Positions 1 through 7,543 of a stretch of 32,753 nt of DNA are shown one piece after another. The notes below the pieces were generated by a model. That model made no database searches, was not told the origin of the DNA, and worked only from the letters and a program-made list of their open reading frames with translations. This DNA comes from Candidatus Eiseniibacteriota bacterium (GTDB taxonomy: Bacteria; Eisenbacteria; RBG-16-71-46; CAZEPH01): NCBI GenBank assembly GCA_044229145.1, contig JBGATO010000043.1, positions 1 through 32,753 on the forward strand, in the 5' to 3' direction. A program made the position numbers and the translations under genes. Numbering within the stretch: the stretch's first letter is position 1; each line of letters opens with the position of its first letter.

Positions 1-2
1 CG

Positions 3-797
3 CTCCGCTACATCGTCTCCGGCAGCGCGGTCGAACAGAAGGTGGTGCCGCCGGGCGATTTCGATCTCCTGCAAGATGTCTTGGCGCGCGCCCAGATCCT
101 CAACCGGCTCGGACGGCACGGCGAGGCGCTCGCCGCGGCGCGCGGCGTGCTGACGCGACAAGAAACCACGCTCGGCTCGACCCACGCCGCGCTCGCCGCC
201 ACCTTGCACATCATCGGCGAAAGCTATCAAGGTCTGGAACGCGATGCCGATGCGCGTCCCATGTTCGAGCGCGCGGCGCGGATCTGGCGCGCGAGCCTCG
301 GCGCCGACCATCCGAGCACCGCGCTCACCGAAGACGCACTCGCCGCCTCACTGTGCAAGCTCGGCGATGTCGCCCGCGCCCGCGCCCTCTCTACCCACGT
401 GCTCTCCGTCTTGCGCGCCTCGCTCGATTCGACCGACATCGATATCGCGCTCGCGCTGCTCAATCGCGGACGCATCGAGTTGGCCCGCGGTGACCTGCAC
501 GCCGCCGAGGCCCGGCTGCGCGACGGCGAACGCATCGCCCAGGTCACAGGCGCGGACACCTCGATCGTCATGACCGACTTCTGGATTCAGCGCGCGGTGG
601 TGCTCGACGCGCGGGGCGCCTACCGCGAGGCCGACGCACTGTTCGACCGGGCACAACGCGTGCTGACGCGCTCGGCGAGCAGTTCGCCCCGGCTGCGCGA
701 AGCGTTCTACACCGAACGCGCGGATGCGGTGGAGCGGCGCGGCGATACGGCGGCCGCGGCACGGTGGCGCGCCAAGGCGGCAGCCGCCCTCCGCTGA
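3..797 (+). CDS. TPR-repeat protein, C-terminal part (5' end outside window); kinesin-light-chain-like TPRs of the kind often fused to Ser/Thr kinases
   Basis: Frame is open from position 3 to TGA at 795-797. Helical repeats such as 'LGSTHAALAATLHIIG', 'LGADHPSTALTEDALA' and 'LDSTDIDIALALLNRG' match the LGxxHP TPR pattern. Confidence 0.75.
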   Translation, partial: LRYIVSGSAVEQKVVPPGDFDLLQDVLARAQILNRLGRHGEALAAARGVLTRQETTLGSTHAALAATLHIIGESYQGLERDADARPMFERAARIWRASLGADHPSTALTEDALAASLCKLGDVARARALSTHVLSVLRASLDSTDIDIALALLNRGRIELARGDLHAAEARLRDGERIAQVTGADTSIVMTDFWIQRAVVLDARGAYREADALFDRAQRVLTRSASSSPRLREAFYTERADAVERRGDTAAAARWRAKAAAALR

Positions 798-867
798 CGC
801 CCCGCCGCGTCCGGCGAGTTGACGGCGGGCGCGGTGGCGTGGTTCCGTCCCCGCCTGGCCCTCGGGC

Positions 868-2247
868 ATGGACGTTCCTCCGGATCGGAGACCCCTCATG
901 CGACTGCTTCCCGGCCTGGCGCAGCATCCGCCAGGGCTCAGCACGCTCTTTCTCACCGAGTTGTGGGAGCGATTCAGCTACTACGGCATGCGCGCGCTGT
1001 TGGTGCTCTACATGACGACCGCGCCGGCGCTCGGCGGACTCGGCTTCACCGCCAAGGACGCCTCGGCGCTCTACGGCACCTACACGATGTGCGTCTGGCT
1101 GGCGACGGTGCCGGGCGGCATCGTCGCCGACAAATGGCTCGGCGCGCGCCGGGCGATGTGGGTCGGCGGCGCGATCATCGCGGCGGGCCACTACTGCATG
1201 GTGGTGCACGCGCTGCCGTTCTTCTATTTCGGGCTCACGCTGATCGCCGCCGGCACGGGATTGCTCAAGCCGAACATCTCGGCGCTGGTCGGCGGCCTCT
1301 ATCCCGCCGGCGATCCGCGGCGCGACAGCGGCTTCTCGCTCTTCTACATGGGCATCAACGTCGGCGCGATGCTGGCGCCGCTGATCTGCGGCTACCTCGC
1401 CCAGCACGCGGACTTCCAGCGCCGTCTCGCGGCGTGGGGATTCGATCCGCACGCGAGCTGGCATTGGGGATTTGGCGCGGCGGGTGTCGGCATGACGCTC
1501 GGACTGCTGATCTATGCGGCACGCCGCCGCACCTTGGCCCACGTCGGCGACCGCGTGGTGACACTGCGCGCCACCGCCACCGCGCCGGCCGCACCGCTCA
1601 CCCGCGCCGAATGGGCGCGCATCGGCGTCATCTTCCTCTTCTTCGTCTTCACCATGTGTTTCTGGGCGGCATACGAGCAGAAGGGGGCGAGCCTCAATTT
1701 GTTCGCCCGCGACCTCGTGCAGACGCGGCTGTTCGGCTGGGCGTATCCCTCGAGCTGGTTGCAGTCGTTGACGCCGTTCTTCGTCATCTGCCTGGCGCCG
1801 CTGTTCTCGAGTCTGTGGCTCAAGCTGGGCGAACGGCAGCCGGCAACACCGACGAAGTTCGTGCTCGGCCTGGTGTTCATCGGCGCCGCGTACGCGCTGT
1901 TCGTGCCGGCGTGTTTGCTCACCGCGCAGGGGCGCATCAACGTGCTGTGGCTGGTGGCGCTGTACTTCCTCGAAGTCGTGGGCGAGATGTGCCTCAGTCC
2001 GACGGGTCTCAGCACCGTGACCAAACTCGCACCGCCGCGGGTGCTCGGACTCATGCTCGGGGTGTGGTTCCTGGCGTCGAGTTTCGGCAGCAAAATCGCC
2101 GGGTATCTCGGCGGCTTCTACACGGCCGAGAGCCCGGCGACGCTGGCGCGTCTGTATGGTGGCGTCGCCGCCGGATTGCTCGGCGCGGCCGTCGTGCTGC
2201 TGATCTTGCGGCCGCGCGTCCAGCGGTGGATGGGCGGTGTGCGCTAG
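868..2247 (+). CDS. POT/PTR2 family proton-dependent di/tripeptide MFS transporter
   Basis: ELWERFSYYG (ExxERFxYY motif), GLLKPN, FYMGINVG (PTR2 signature), GEMCLSP and many hydrophobic helices. The start may instead be the second ATG at 898. Confidence 0.95.
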   Translation: MDVPPDRRPLMRLLPGLAQHPPGLSTLFLTELWERFSYYGMRALLVLYMTTAPALGGLGFTAKDASALYGTYTMCVWLATVPGGIVADKWLGARRAMWVGGAIIAAGHYCMVVHALPFFYFGLTLIAAGTGLLKPNISALVGGLYPAGDPRRDSGFSLFYMGINVGAMLAPLICGYLAQHADFQRRLAAWGFDPHASWHWGFGAAGVGMTLGLLIYAARRRTLAHVGDRVVTLRATATAPAAPLTRAEWARIGVIFLFFVFTMCFWAAYEQKGASLNLFARDLVQTRLFGWAYPSSWLQSLTPFFVICLAPLFSSLWLKLGERQPATPTKFVLGLVFIGAAYALFVPACLLTAQGRINVLWLVALYFLEVVGEMCLSPTGLSTVTKLAPPRVLGLMLGVWFLASSFGSKIAGYLGGFYTAESPATLARLYGGVAAGLLGAAVVLLILRPRVQRWMGGVR

Positions 2248-2781
2248 CTAGACGACCGCCGCCGCCGGCACCTCCAGCGCCACCGCGCTGGCGTGCACCA
2301 CCGACGCGATACGCACCGCGTCGATGACCTGATCTTCGGTGAGACCTTCGTGCACGACCACCGCCTCGTGCGAACGCACGCAGGCTTCGCAGCCGTTGAT
2401 CGCCGACACCGCGAGCGAGTAGAGCTCGAGCGAGCGCTTGCTCGACTGCGGCGAGGCGAGGCGGTTCATGCGCAGGCGCGGCGGACGCTGCTGGTAGCTG
2501 TCCTTCCCCACCAAGTGCCGGAACCGGTAGAAGATGTTCGTCATCCCCATGACGACGGCGGCGGTGCGTGCGTCTTCGAGCACGCCTTCGCTCACGCCGG
2601 CGGCGCGGGCCTCGTCGGCCAGCGCCGTGGCGAGTCGCGGAGAGCGGGCGGCGATCGCCGTGGCGACCGCCACCCCCCACCGGTCATCCGGGGCCAGCGT
2701 GCTCTGCTCGAGCACGCTGGTGAGATTGAGCCGCATGTCCTTCGCGGCGTCGGGCATGGCGTCCCGGATGGCGTCGAGCAT
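2248..2781 (-). CDS. ahpD: Alkyl hydroperoxide reductase AhpD (carboxymuconolactone decarboxylase family)
   Basis: MPDAAKDMRLNL N-terminus, MGMTNIFYRF, and the catalytic LAVSAINGCEACVRSH (CxxC plus His). ATG at 2781 lies just after the ahpC stop. Confidence 0.93.
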   Translation of the reverse strand: MLDAIRDAMPDAAKDMRLNLTSVLEQSTLAPDDRWGVAVATAIAARSPRLATALADEARAAGVSEGVLEDARTAAVVMGMTNIFYRFRHLVGKDSYQQRPPRLRMNRLASPQSSKRSLELYSLAVSAINGCEACVRSHEAVVVHEGLTEDQVIDAVRIASVVHASAVALEVPAAAVV

Positions 2782-2783
2782 GG

Positions 2784-3326
2784 CTACTTCATCTGCGCCG
2801 TGAGCGTCTCCTGCTCCGGCGTCCAGCCACACTGGCACAGCTCACCCGTCTGCAGCGCGTCGAGCGCACGCAGGATCTCGTCGACGTTGCGTCCCACCGA
2901 CAGATCGTTCGCATTGACCCAGCGGATGGTGCCCTCGGGGTCGACGATGAAGGTCACGCGCAGCGCGGCGCCGGCCACCGGGTGCAGCACGCCGAGCTGG
3001 GCGCTGAAGCCCGGGGTGAAGAACGCGAGCGGGTGGTGGAGACCGGCGAGGTCCTTGTGGTTCTGGCGCCACGCGAGGTGCGAGAACTCGTTGTCGGTGC
3101 TGCCGCCGATGACGATGGCGTCACGGTCGGCGAAGTCCTTCAACTTCTTGTCGAACTCGACGATCTCGGTCGGGCAGATGAACGTGAAGTCCTTCGGGTA
3201 GAAGTAGACGACCTTCCACTTGCCCGGCGCGTCGTTCGACGTCACCTTGCCGAACTCCTTGCCCTTCTCGATGCTCACGCAGGCATTCAGGTCGAACGCG
3301 GGGAACTTGTCACCGACAGTCAGCAT
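2784..3326 (-). CDS. ahpC: Peroxiredoxin AhpC (actinobacterial-like, with C-terminal CxC)
   Basis: FYPKDFTFICPTE peroxidatic motif, GRNVDEILR and GELCQCGW. Strong RBS AAGGAGGAG upstream of ATG 3326. Confidence 0.96.
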   Translation of the reverse strand: MLTVGDKFPAFDLNACVSIEKGKEFGKVTSNDAPGKWKVVYFYPKDFTFICPTEIVEFDKKLKDFADRDAIVIGGSTDNEFSHLAWRQNHKDLAGLHHPLAFFTPGFSAQLGVLHPVAGAALRVTFIVDPEGTIRWVNANDLSVGRNVDEILRALDALQTGELCQCGWTPEQETLTAQMK

Positions 3327-3393
3327 GACTCCTCCTTGACGGTTGTGCATCGCCCCGGCTCGGCCGGGACGCGGTATTTGTATGACGTTCAGT

Positions 3394-3411
3394 GTTAGAC
3401 AGCATCTAGAC
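3394..3411 (-). promoter_or_regulatory. Putative Fur-family operator upstream of ahpC (GTTAGAC-AGC-ATCTAGA)
   Basis: Imperfect 7-3-7 palindrome. Positions 3395-3411 match 3873-3889 at 14 of 17 bases. Confidence 0.7.
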
Positions 3412-3450
3412 GCAAGGCGTACGGCGCAATGGGCCTGGCGTCTTACAGGG

Positions 3451-3867
3451 TTACGACTCGACCGGCGGGCCGTCCAGACGACGCCCGCGCATCACGACCT
3501 GGTACTGCGTGACCGCGAACTCGCCGAGCTGCTCGACCTGCGACACCTTCACGGCATCCCACGGCACGTCGAAGATCCGCCCGGTCTGCTCGTCGACGAA
3601 ATGGTGGTGGGGCTCCGTGTTCGGGTCGAACACGACCTTCCCCGCCGCGAGGATGTGCTCGCGCACCAAACCCTTGTCGACGAACAAGTTGAGGGTGTTG
3701 TAGACGGTCGCCCGAGAGAGCATCGGGAAGCCGTCGCGCACGCGCGCCCAGACCTCGTCCGCCGACGGATGTTCGTCGGTCTGGAGGACATATTGGGCGA
3801 CGGCCACGCGCTGGGCCGACGGCTGGATTCCGTGCTCGCGGAGCACGGCGGCCACGTCAGTCATCAC
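3451..3867 (-). CDS. Fur-family transcriptional regulator, PerR/Irr-like, lacking Cys zinc motifs
   Basis: HPSADEV, SRATVYNTL helix-turn-helix and the PHHHFVD metal site, with no CxxC. Start is GTG 3867 or ATG 3864. Confidence 0.92.
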   Translation of the reverse strand: MMTDVAAVLREHGIQPSAQRVAVAQYVLQTDEHPSADEVWARVRDGFPMLSRATVYNTLNLFVDKGLVREHILAAGKVVFDPNTEPHHHFVDEQTGRIFDVPWDAVKVSQVEQLGEFAVTQYQVVMRGRRLDGPPVES

Positions 3868-3871
3868 GCTG

Positions 3872-3903
3872 TTTAGACTACGTCTAGACATGGATCGAGT
3901 CAA
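3872..3903 (-). promoter_or_regulatory. sigma70 promoter of the Fur-family gene with an overlapping autoregulatory operator
   Basis: Minus strand reads TTGACT (3903-3898), a 17 bp spacer, then TAGTCT (3880-3875). The palindrome TTTAGAC-TAC-GTCTAGA (3872-3888) covers the -10. Confidence 0.75.
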
Positions 3904-3968
3904 CATATTTTCGGTGTCGGCCGGTTTTTTCCCGGTCCGCAGGGAAATCGCGAGTGCGGGCACACCTC

Positions 3969-3977
3969 TGCTAGGCT
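3969..3977 (+). promoter_or_regulatory. Possible extended -10 promoter for the metalloprotease operon
   Basis: TG-C-TAGGCT lies 33 bp upstream of ATG 4011, with a GAGAGG RBS-like sequence before the start. Confidence 0.45.
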
Positions 3978-4010
3978 GTCGGCCGCTTCGCCCACCCTGA
4001 GAGGTCGTTC

Positions 4011-6416
4011 ATGCTCGCAGCACTCCGGCACGCGGCCGTCGCGTGCCTCCTGCTCGTACCCGCAGCCGCCAGCGCCGCGCCCACCTCGTGGAGCGGCGCG
4101 GTGGCGGGCGCCACCTATCACGACGGTTTCGTGCCCTACTACGAGGACGCGGCCGGCGGACGCGTCATGCTGGTGGTGCGCCCCGACATGCCGGCGTTCC
4201 TCTATGGCACTGGCATCTCGAGCGGCGTCGGGACGATTGATCCGGTACTCGATCGCGGCGCGCTCGGGGGCTTGGCGCTGTGCCACCTCACGCGCAGCGG
4301 CGCGCGTGTGCTGCTGGTGCAAGAGCAGACGTCGCACCGCGCGTTGCACGGCGGCACGGCGGCCCAGCAGGTGATCGACGAATCGTTCCCGGTGGCGATC
4401 CGCGCGGCGTGGCCGGTGCTCGCCGACAGCGCCGGGCGGACGCTGGTGGATGTCACCGAATTCCTGCGCACCGCCGACACGCAGATCGCGCCGACCCTGC
4501 GCGACGCCCACGCCGGCGAGTGGCGCGCCGATCCCGCACGTAGTCTGTTTACGGCCTCGCGTAGCGGCGCCTTCCCGCGCAACACCGAACTCGACATGAC
4601 GCTCACCTACACGTGCGACGCGCCGCCAGCCGAGTTCGCGCGCGTGCTGCCGGACGGCCACACGATGTCGGTCTCGGTGCACCACACCTTCCTGCAGCGG
4701 CCGGAGCCGGGCTTCGAGACGCGCGAGAGCGATCCGCGCGTTGGGCTGTTCCCGCTCGAGTTCCTCGACCACACCGCGCGTCCCGGCGAACCGATCGCGC
4801 GCCGCCTCGCGCAGCGCTGGCGGTTGTCGAAGAAGGATCCCGCCGCGGCGATCAGCGAACCGGTGCAGCCCTTGGTGTTCTACCTCGATCCCGGGATTCC
4901 GGAGCCCGAGCGCACGACGATCCGCGCGGCAGCGCTCTGGTGGAATCACGCGTTCGCCGCCGCCGGCTTCCGCGACGCACTGGTGCTGCGCGACCTGCCG
5001 CCTGGCGCGACGTTCCTCGATGCGCGCTACAGCGGCATCCAGTGGGTGAATCGCGTGGATCGCTCGTGGTCGTTCGGCGAATCGCAGTGCGATCCCGAAA
5101 CCGGTGAGATCGTGCACGCGATCGCCGTACTTGATTCGCACCGGCGCCGGACGACCTGGAAGCTGTGGTCGCTCACCGGCGGCGCGCCGGCGCGCCCCGG
5201 CGCATGCGCGGCAGGCGACGACGCACTGCCCGCCGACGACTTCGGCGCCGCCGGCGATTCGCTGGCGCAGCTCCGTCTCGCGTACCTCACAGCGCACGAA
5301 GTCGGGCACACGCTCGGTCTCGGACACAATTGGGCGGCGACGACCTTCGGGTGGGGATCGGTGATGGATTACCTGCCGCCGCACATCACGCTCACCGCCG
5401 ACGGCTCGTTCGACCTGCACGATGCGTATCCGCGCGACATCGGCGCCTACGATTCTCTGGCGATCGCGTGGGCGTACACGCCGGGCACCACGGCCGCGCA
5501 CCGCGAGACGCTGGTGCGCGCGGCGCTGGCACGCGGCGTCGTGCTGCCGCTCGAATCGGATCCCCGCTGGGCCGAATACGATTACGGCGACGATCCCGTC
5601 GCCTGGCTGCGCGCGACATCGGCGGTGCGCGACGCCGTGCTGGCGCGTCTCGGCGTCGCGGCGTTGCGCGACGGCGCGCCCGTATACGAACTGCAGGAGC
5701 GATTCGCGTTCGCCTATCTGTATCACCGCTTCGCGTTGCAGGCGGTGCAGCAGACGATCGGCGGCCAGTACGCGACCAGCGCGCGCGTTGGCGATGGGCA
5801 GACGGCGGTGGCGTGGGTGCCGGCGGCGCGGCAACGCGCGGGCCTCGCGGCGCTGTGCGCGGCGCTGTCGCCGCGTGGATTGGCGATCCCGGCACGCCTC
5901 CTCGAAAGCCTGCCGCCGCCGCCGGGCGACGCGAGCGCGGTGCGCGAACAGTTCGCCTCCGAGGCGGGCGCGGCGTTCAGCCCGTGGACGGCGGCGCGCG
6001 CACTGGTGCGATTGATTGCCGGGCCGCTGCTCGACCCGGAGCACTTGGCGCGCTGCGCGCTCGCCGGCGCGCCGGATGCGCGTGAGGTCATGCACGCGCT
6101 GGTGCGCGCCACCTGGGGCGCCACACCCACACCGCGCGACGCCGCGCTGGCGCGCGTGGCGCAGCGCGAGGTCCTGGACGAGATGGTGGCGCTGGCGCGC
6201 CGCGCCGATGTGTCGCCGGAGGTGCGCGCGGCGGTGTTCGCCGAACTCCAGGCGCTGCGTGCCTCATGGCGCGGCGTCGCGCTCGATCCGCATCGCGCGT
6301 TGGCGGCGCGCGACCTCGATGCGCTGCTGACGCCGGCGCCGGTGTCCTCTCCGGCAACGCCTGTGATGTCGGCGCCGCCGGGACGGCCGATCGGCGCGGA
6401 AGGAGAACGCCGATGA
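4011..6416 (+). CDS. Secreted zinc-dependent metalloprotease (metzincin; DUF5117/DUF4953-type architecture)
   Basis: N-terminal signal peptide (AxA), R-x-x-DPRVG, FYLDPGIPEP, zinc motif HEVGHTLGLGHN, Met-turn SVMDY and a C-terminal PPGRPIG. Confidence 0.88.
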   Translation: MLAALRHAAVACLLLVPAAASAAPTSWSGAVAGATYHDGFVPYYEDAAGGRVMLVVRPDMPAFLYGTGISSGVGTIDPVLDRGALGGLALCHLTRSGARVLLVQEQTSHRALHGGTAAQQVIDESFPVAIRAAWPVLADSAGRTLVDVTEFLRTADTQIAPTLRDAHAGEWRADPARSLFTASRSGAFPRNTELDMTLTYTCDAPPAEFARVLPDGHTMSVSVHHTFLQRPEPGFETRESDPRVGLFPLEFLDHTARPGEPIARRLAQRWRLSKKDPAAAISEPVQPLVFYLDPGIPEPERTTIRAAALWWNHAFAAAGFRDALVLRDLPPGATFLDARYSGIQWVNRVDRSWSFGESQCDPETGEIVHAIAVLDSHRRRTTWKLWSLTGGAPARPGACAAGDDALPADDFGAAGDSLAQLRLAYLTAHEVGHTLGLGHNWAATTFGWGSVMDYLPPHITLTADGSFDLHDAYPRDIGAYDSLAIAWAYTPGTTAAHRETLVRAALARGVVLPLESDPRWAEYDYGDDPVAWLRATSAVRDAVLARLGVAALRDGAPVYELQERFAFAYLYHRFALQAVQQTIGGQYATSARVGDGQTAVAWVPAARQRAGLAALCAALSPRGLAIPARLLESLPPPPGDASAVREQFASEAGAAFSPWTAARALVRLIAGPLLDPEHLARCALAGAPDAREVMHALVRATWGATPTPRDAALARVAQREVLDEMVALARRADVSPEVRAAVFAELQALRASWRGVALDPHRALAARDLDALLTPAPVSSPATPVMSAPPGRPIGAEGERR

Positions 6417-7543
6417 GCGGCTATCACCGCGACACGCTTGCCGTGCATGGCGGCGCGCCGGAGCGCCGGATCGACGGGCAGATCGCGCCACCGATCGCTC
6501 TCTCGACCACGTGGGTGCATGGCCCCGCCGCGGAGTTGCCGCACGGCTACGAGTACGTACGCGAAGGATCGCCCCTGCACACGGCATTCGAGTCGGCGTG
6601 CGTCGCGCTCGAGGGCGGCGCGCGGGCGCTGTCCTTCGCCAGCGGCGCAGCGGCGGCCGCCGCGTTGCTGCAAGCGCAGGAACCCGGCGCGCACATCTTG
6701 GTGCCGCACGAGTGCTACATGCAGATTCGCCAACTCGCGCGCGACTTCGTGCCGCGCTGGGGCGGCACCGCGAGCGTCGCCGACATGTCCGACCTCGCGG
6801 CTATCGCGACGGCGTGGACGCCGGACACGCGGCTCGTCTGGCTGGAGACGCCGGCGAATCCTCAGATGTCGCTCAGCGACATCGCGACCGTTGCCGCGTT
6901 CGCGCACGCGCGCGGCGCGCACGTGGTCGTCGACAACACCTTCGCCACGTCGATCCTGCAGCAGCCGCTGGCGCTCGGCGCCGACGTCGTGTTGCATTCG
7001 GCGACCAAGTACATCGGCGGACACAGCGACGTGCATGGCGGCGTCGTGGTGTTCGCGCGCGATGGCGACTTCGTCGCGCGCGTGCTGGGCATCCGCACGA
7101 CGATCGGCGGGATGCTGGCGCCGTTCAACGCATGGCTGGCCTTGCGCGGCGTGCGCACGCTGCCGGTGCGCGTGGCGCGGCACAGCGCGTCGGCACAGCA
7201 GGTGGCGGAGTGGCTCGAGACGCATCCACGCGTCGCACAGGTGCGCTATCCATGGCTCGCCTCGCATCCGCAGCACGCACTGGCGCGCGCGCAAATGCAG
7301 GGCGGCGGCGGGATGCTGTCGTTCGATATGCGCGGCACGCGGGACGACGCGCTCGCAGTGGTGGCGCGTGTGCGACTGTTCACGCCGGCCACCAGCCTCG
7401 GCGGCGTCGAAAGTCTCATCGAGCACCGCGCCTCGATCGAAGGGCCGCTCACGACGGCGCCGGACACACTGCTGCGCCTCTCGATCGGCCTCGAACATCC
7501 GGACGACTTGATCGCGGACTTGCGGCAGGCGCTCGGCGCCTAG
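6413..7543 (+). CDS. PLP-dependent trans-sulfuration enzyme (cystathionine gamma-synthase/lyase, MetB-like)
   Basis: YEYVREGSP, WLETPANP, VVDNTFAT, PLP-lysine motif HSATKYIGGHSD, TSLGGVESLIEH and LRLSIGLE. RBS AAGGAG and an ATGA overlap with the upstream stop. Confidence 0.92.
   Translation: MSGYHRDTLAVHGGAPERRIDGQIAPPIALSTTWVHGPAAELPHGYEYVREGSPLHTAFESACVALEGGARALSFASGAAAAAALLQAQEPGAHILVPHECYMQIRQLARDFVPRWGGTASVADMSDLAAIATAWTPDTRLVWLETPANPQMSLSDIATVAAFAHARGAHVVVDNTFATSILQQPLALGADVVLHSATKYIGGHSDVHGGVVVFARDGDFVARVLGIRTTIGGMLAPFNAWLALRGVRTLPVRVARHSASAQQVAEWLETHPRVAQVRYPWLASHPQHALARAQMQGGGGMLSFDMRGTRDDALAVVARVRLFTPATSLGGVESLIEHRASIEGPLTTAPDTLLRLSIGLEHPDDLIADLRQALGA

Noticed and set aside
2245..2250. 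Back-to-back or overlapping stops of convergent genes (also 7540-7543 and 15295-15301)
   Set aside because: Common in compact high-GC genomes, with no evidence of regulatory meaning.
3900..6095. 731-aa antisense ORF, and similar long ORFs at 7891-10374, 12724-15063, 21693-24089 and 30010-32052
   Set aside because: Arg/Ala-rich shadow frames opposite well-supported genes. They are expected at this GC content and show no motifs.
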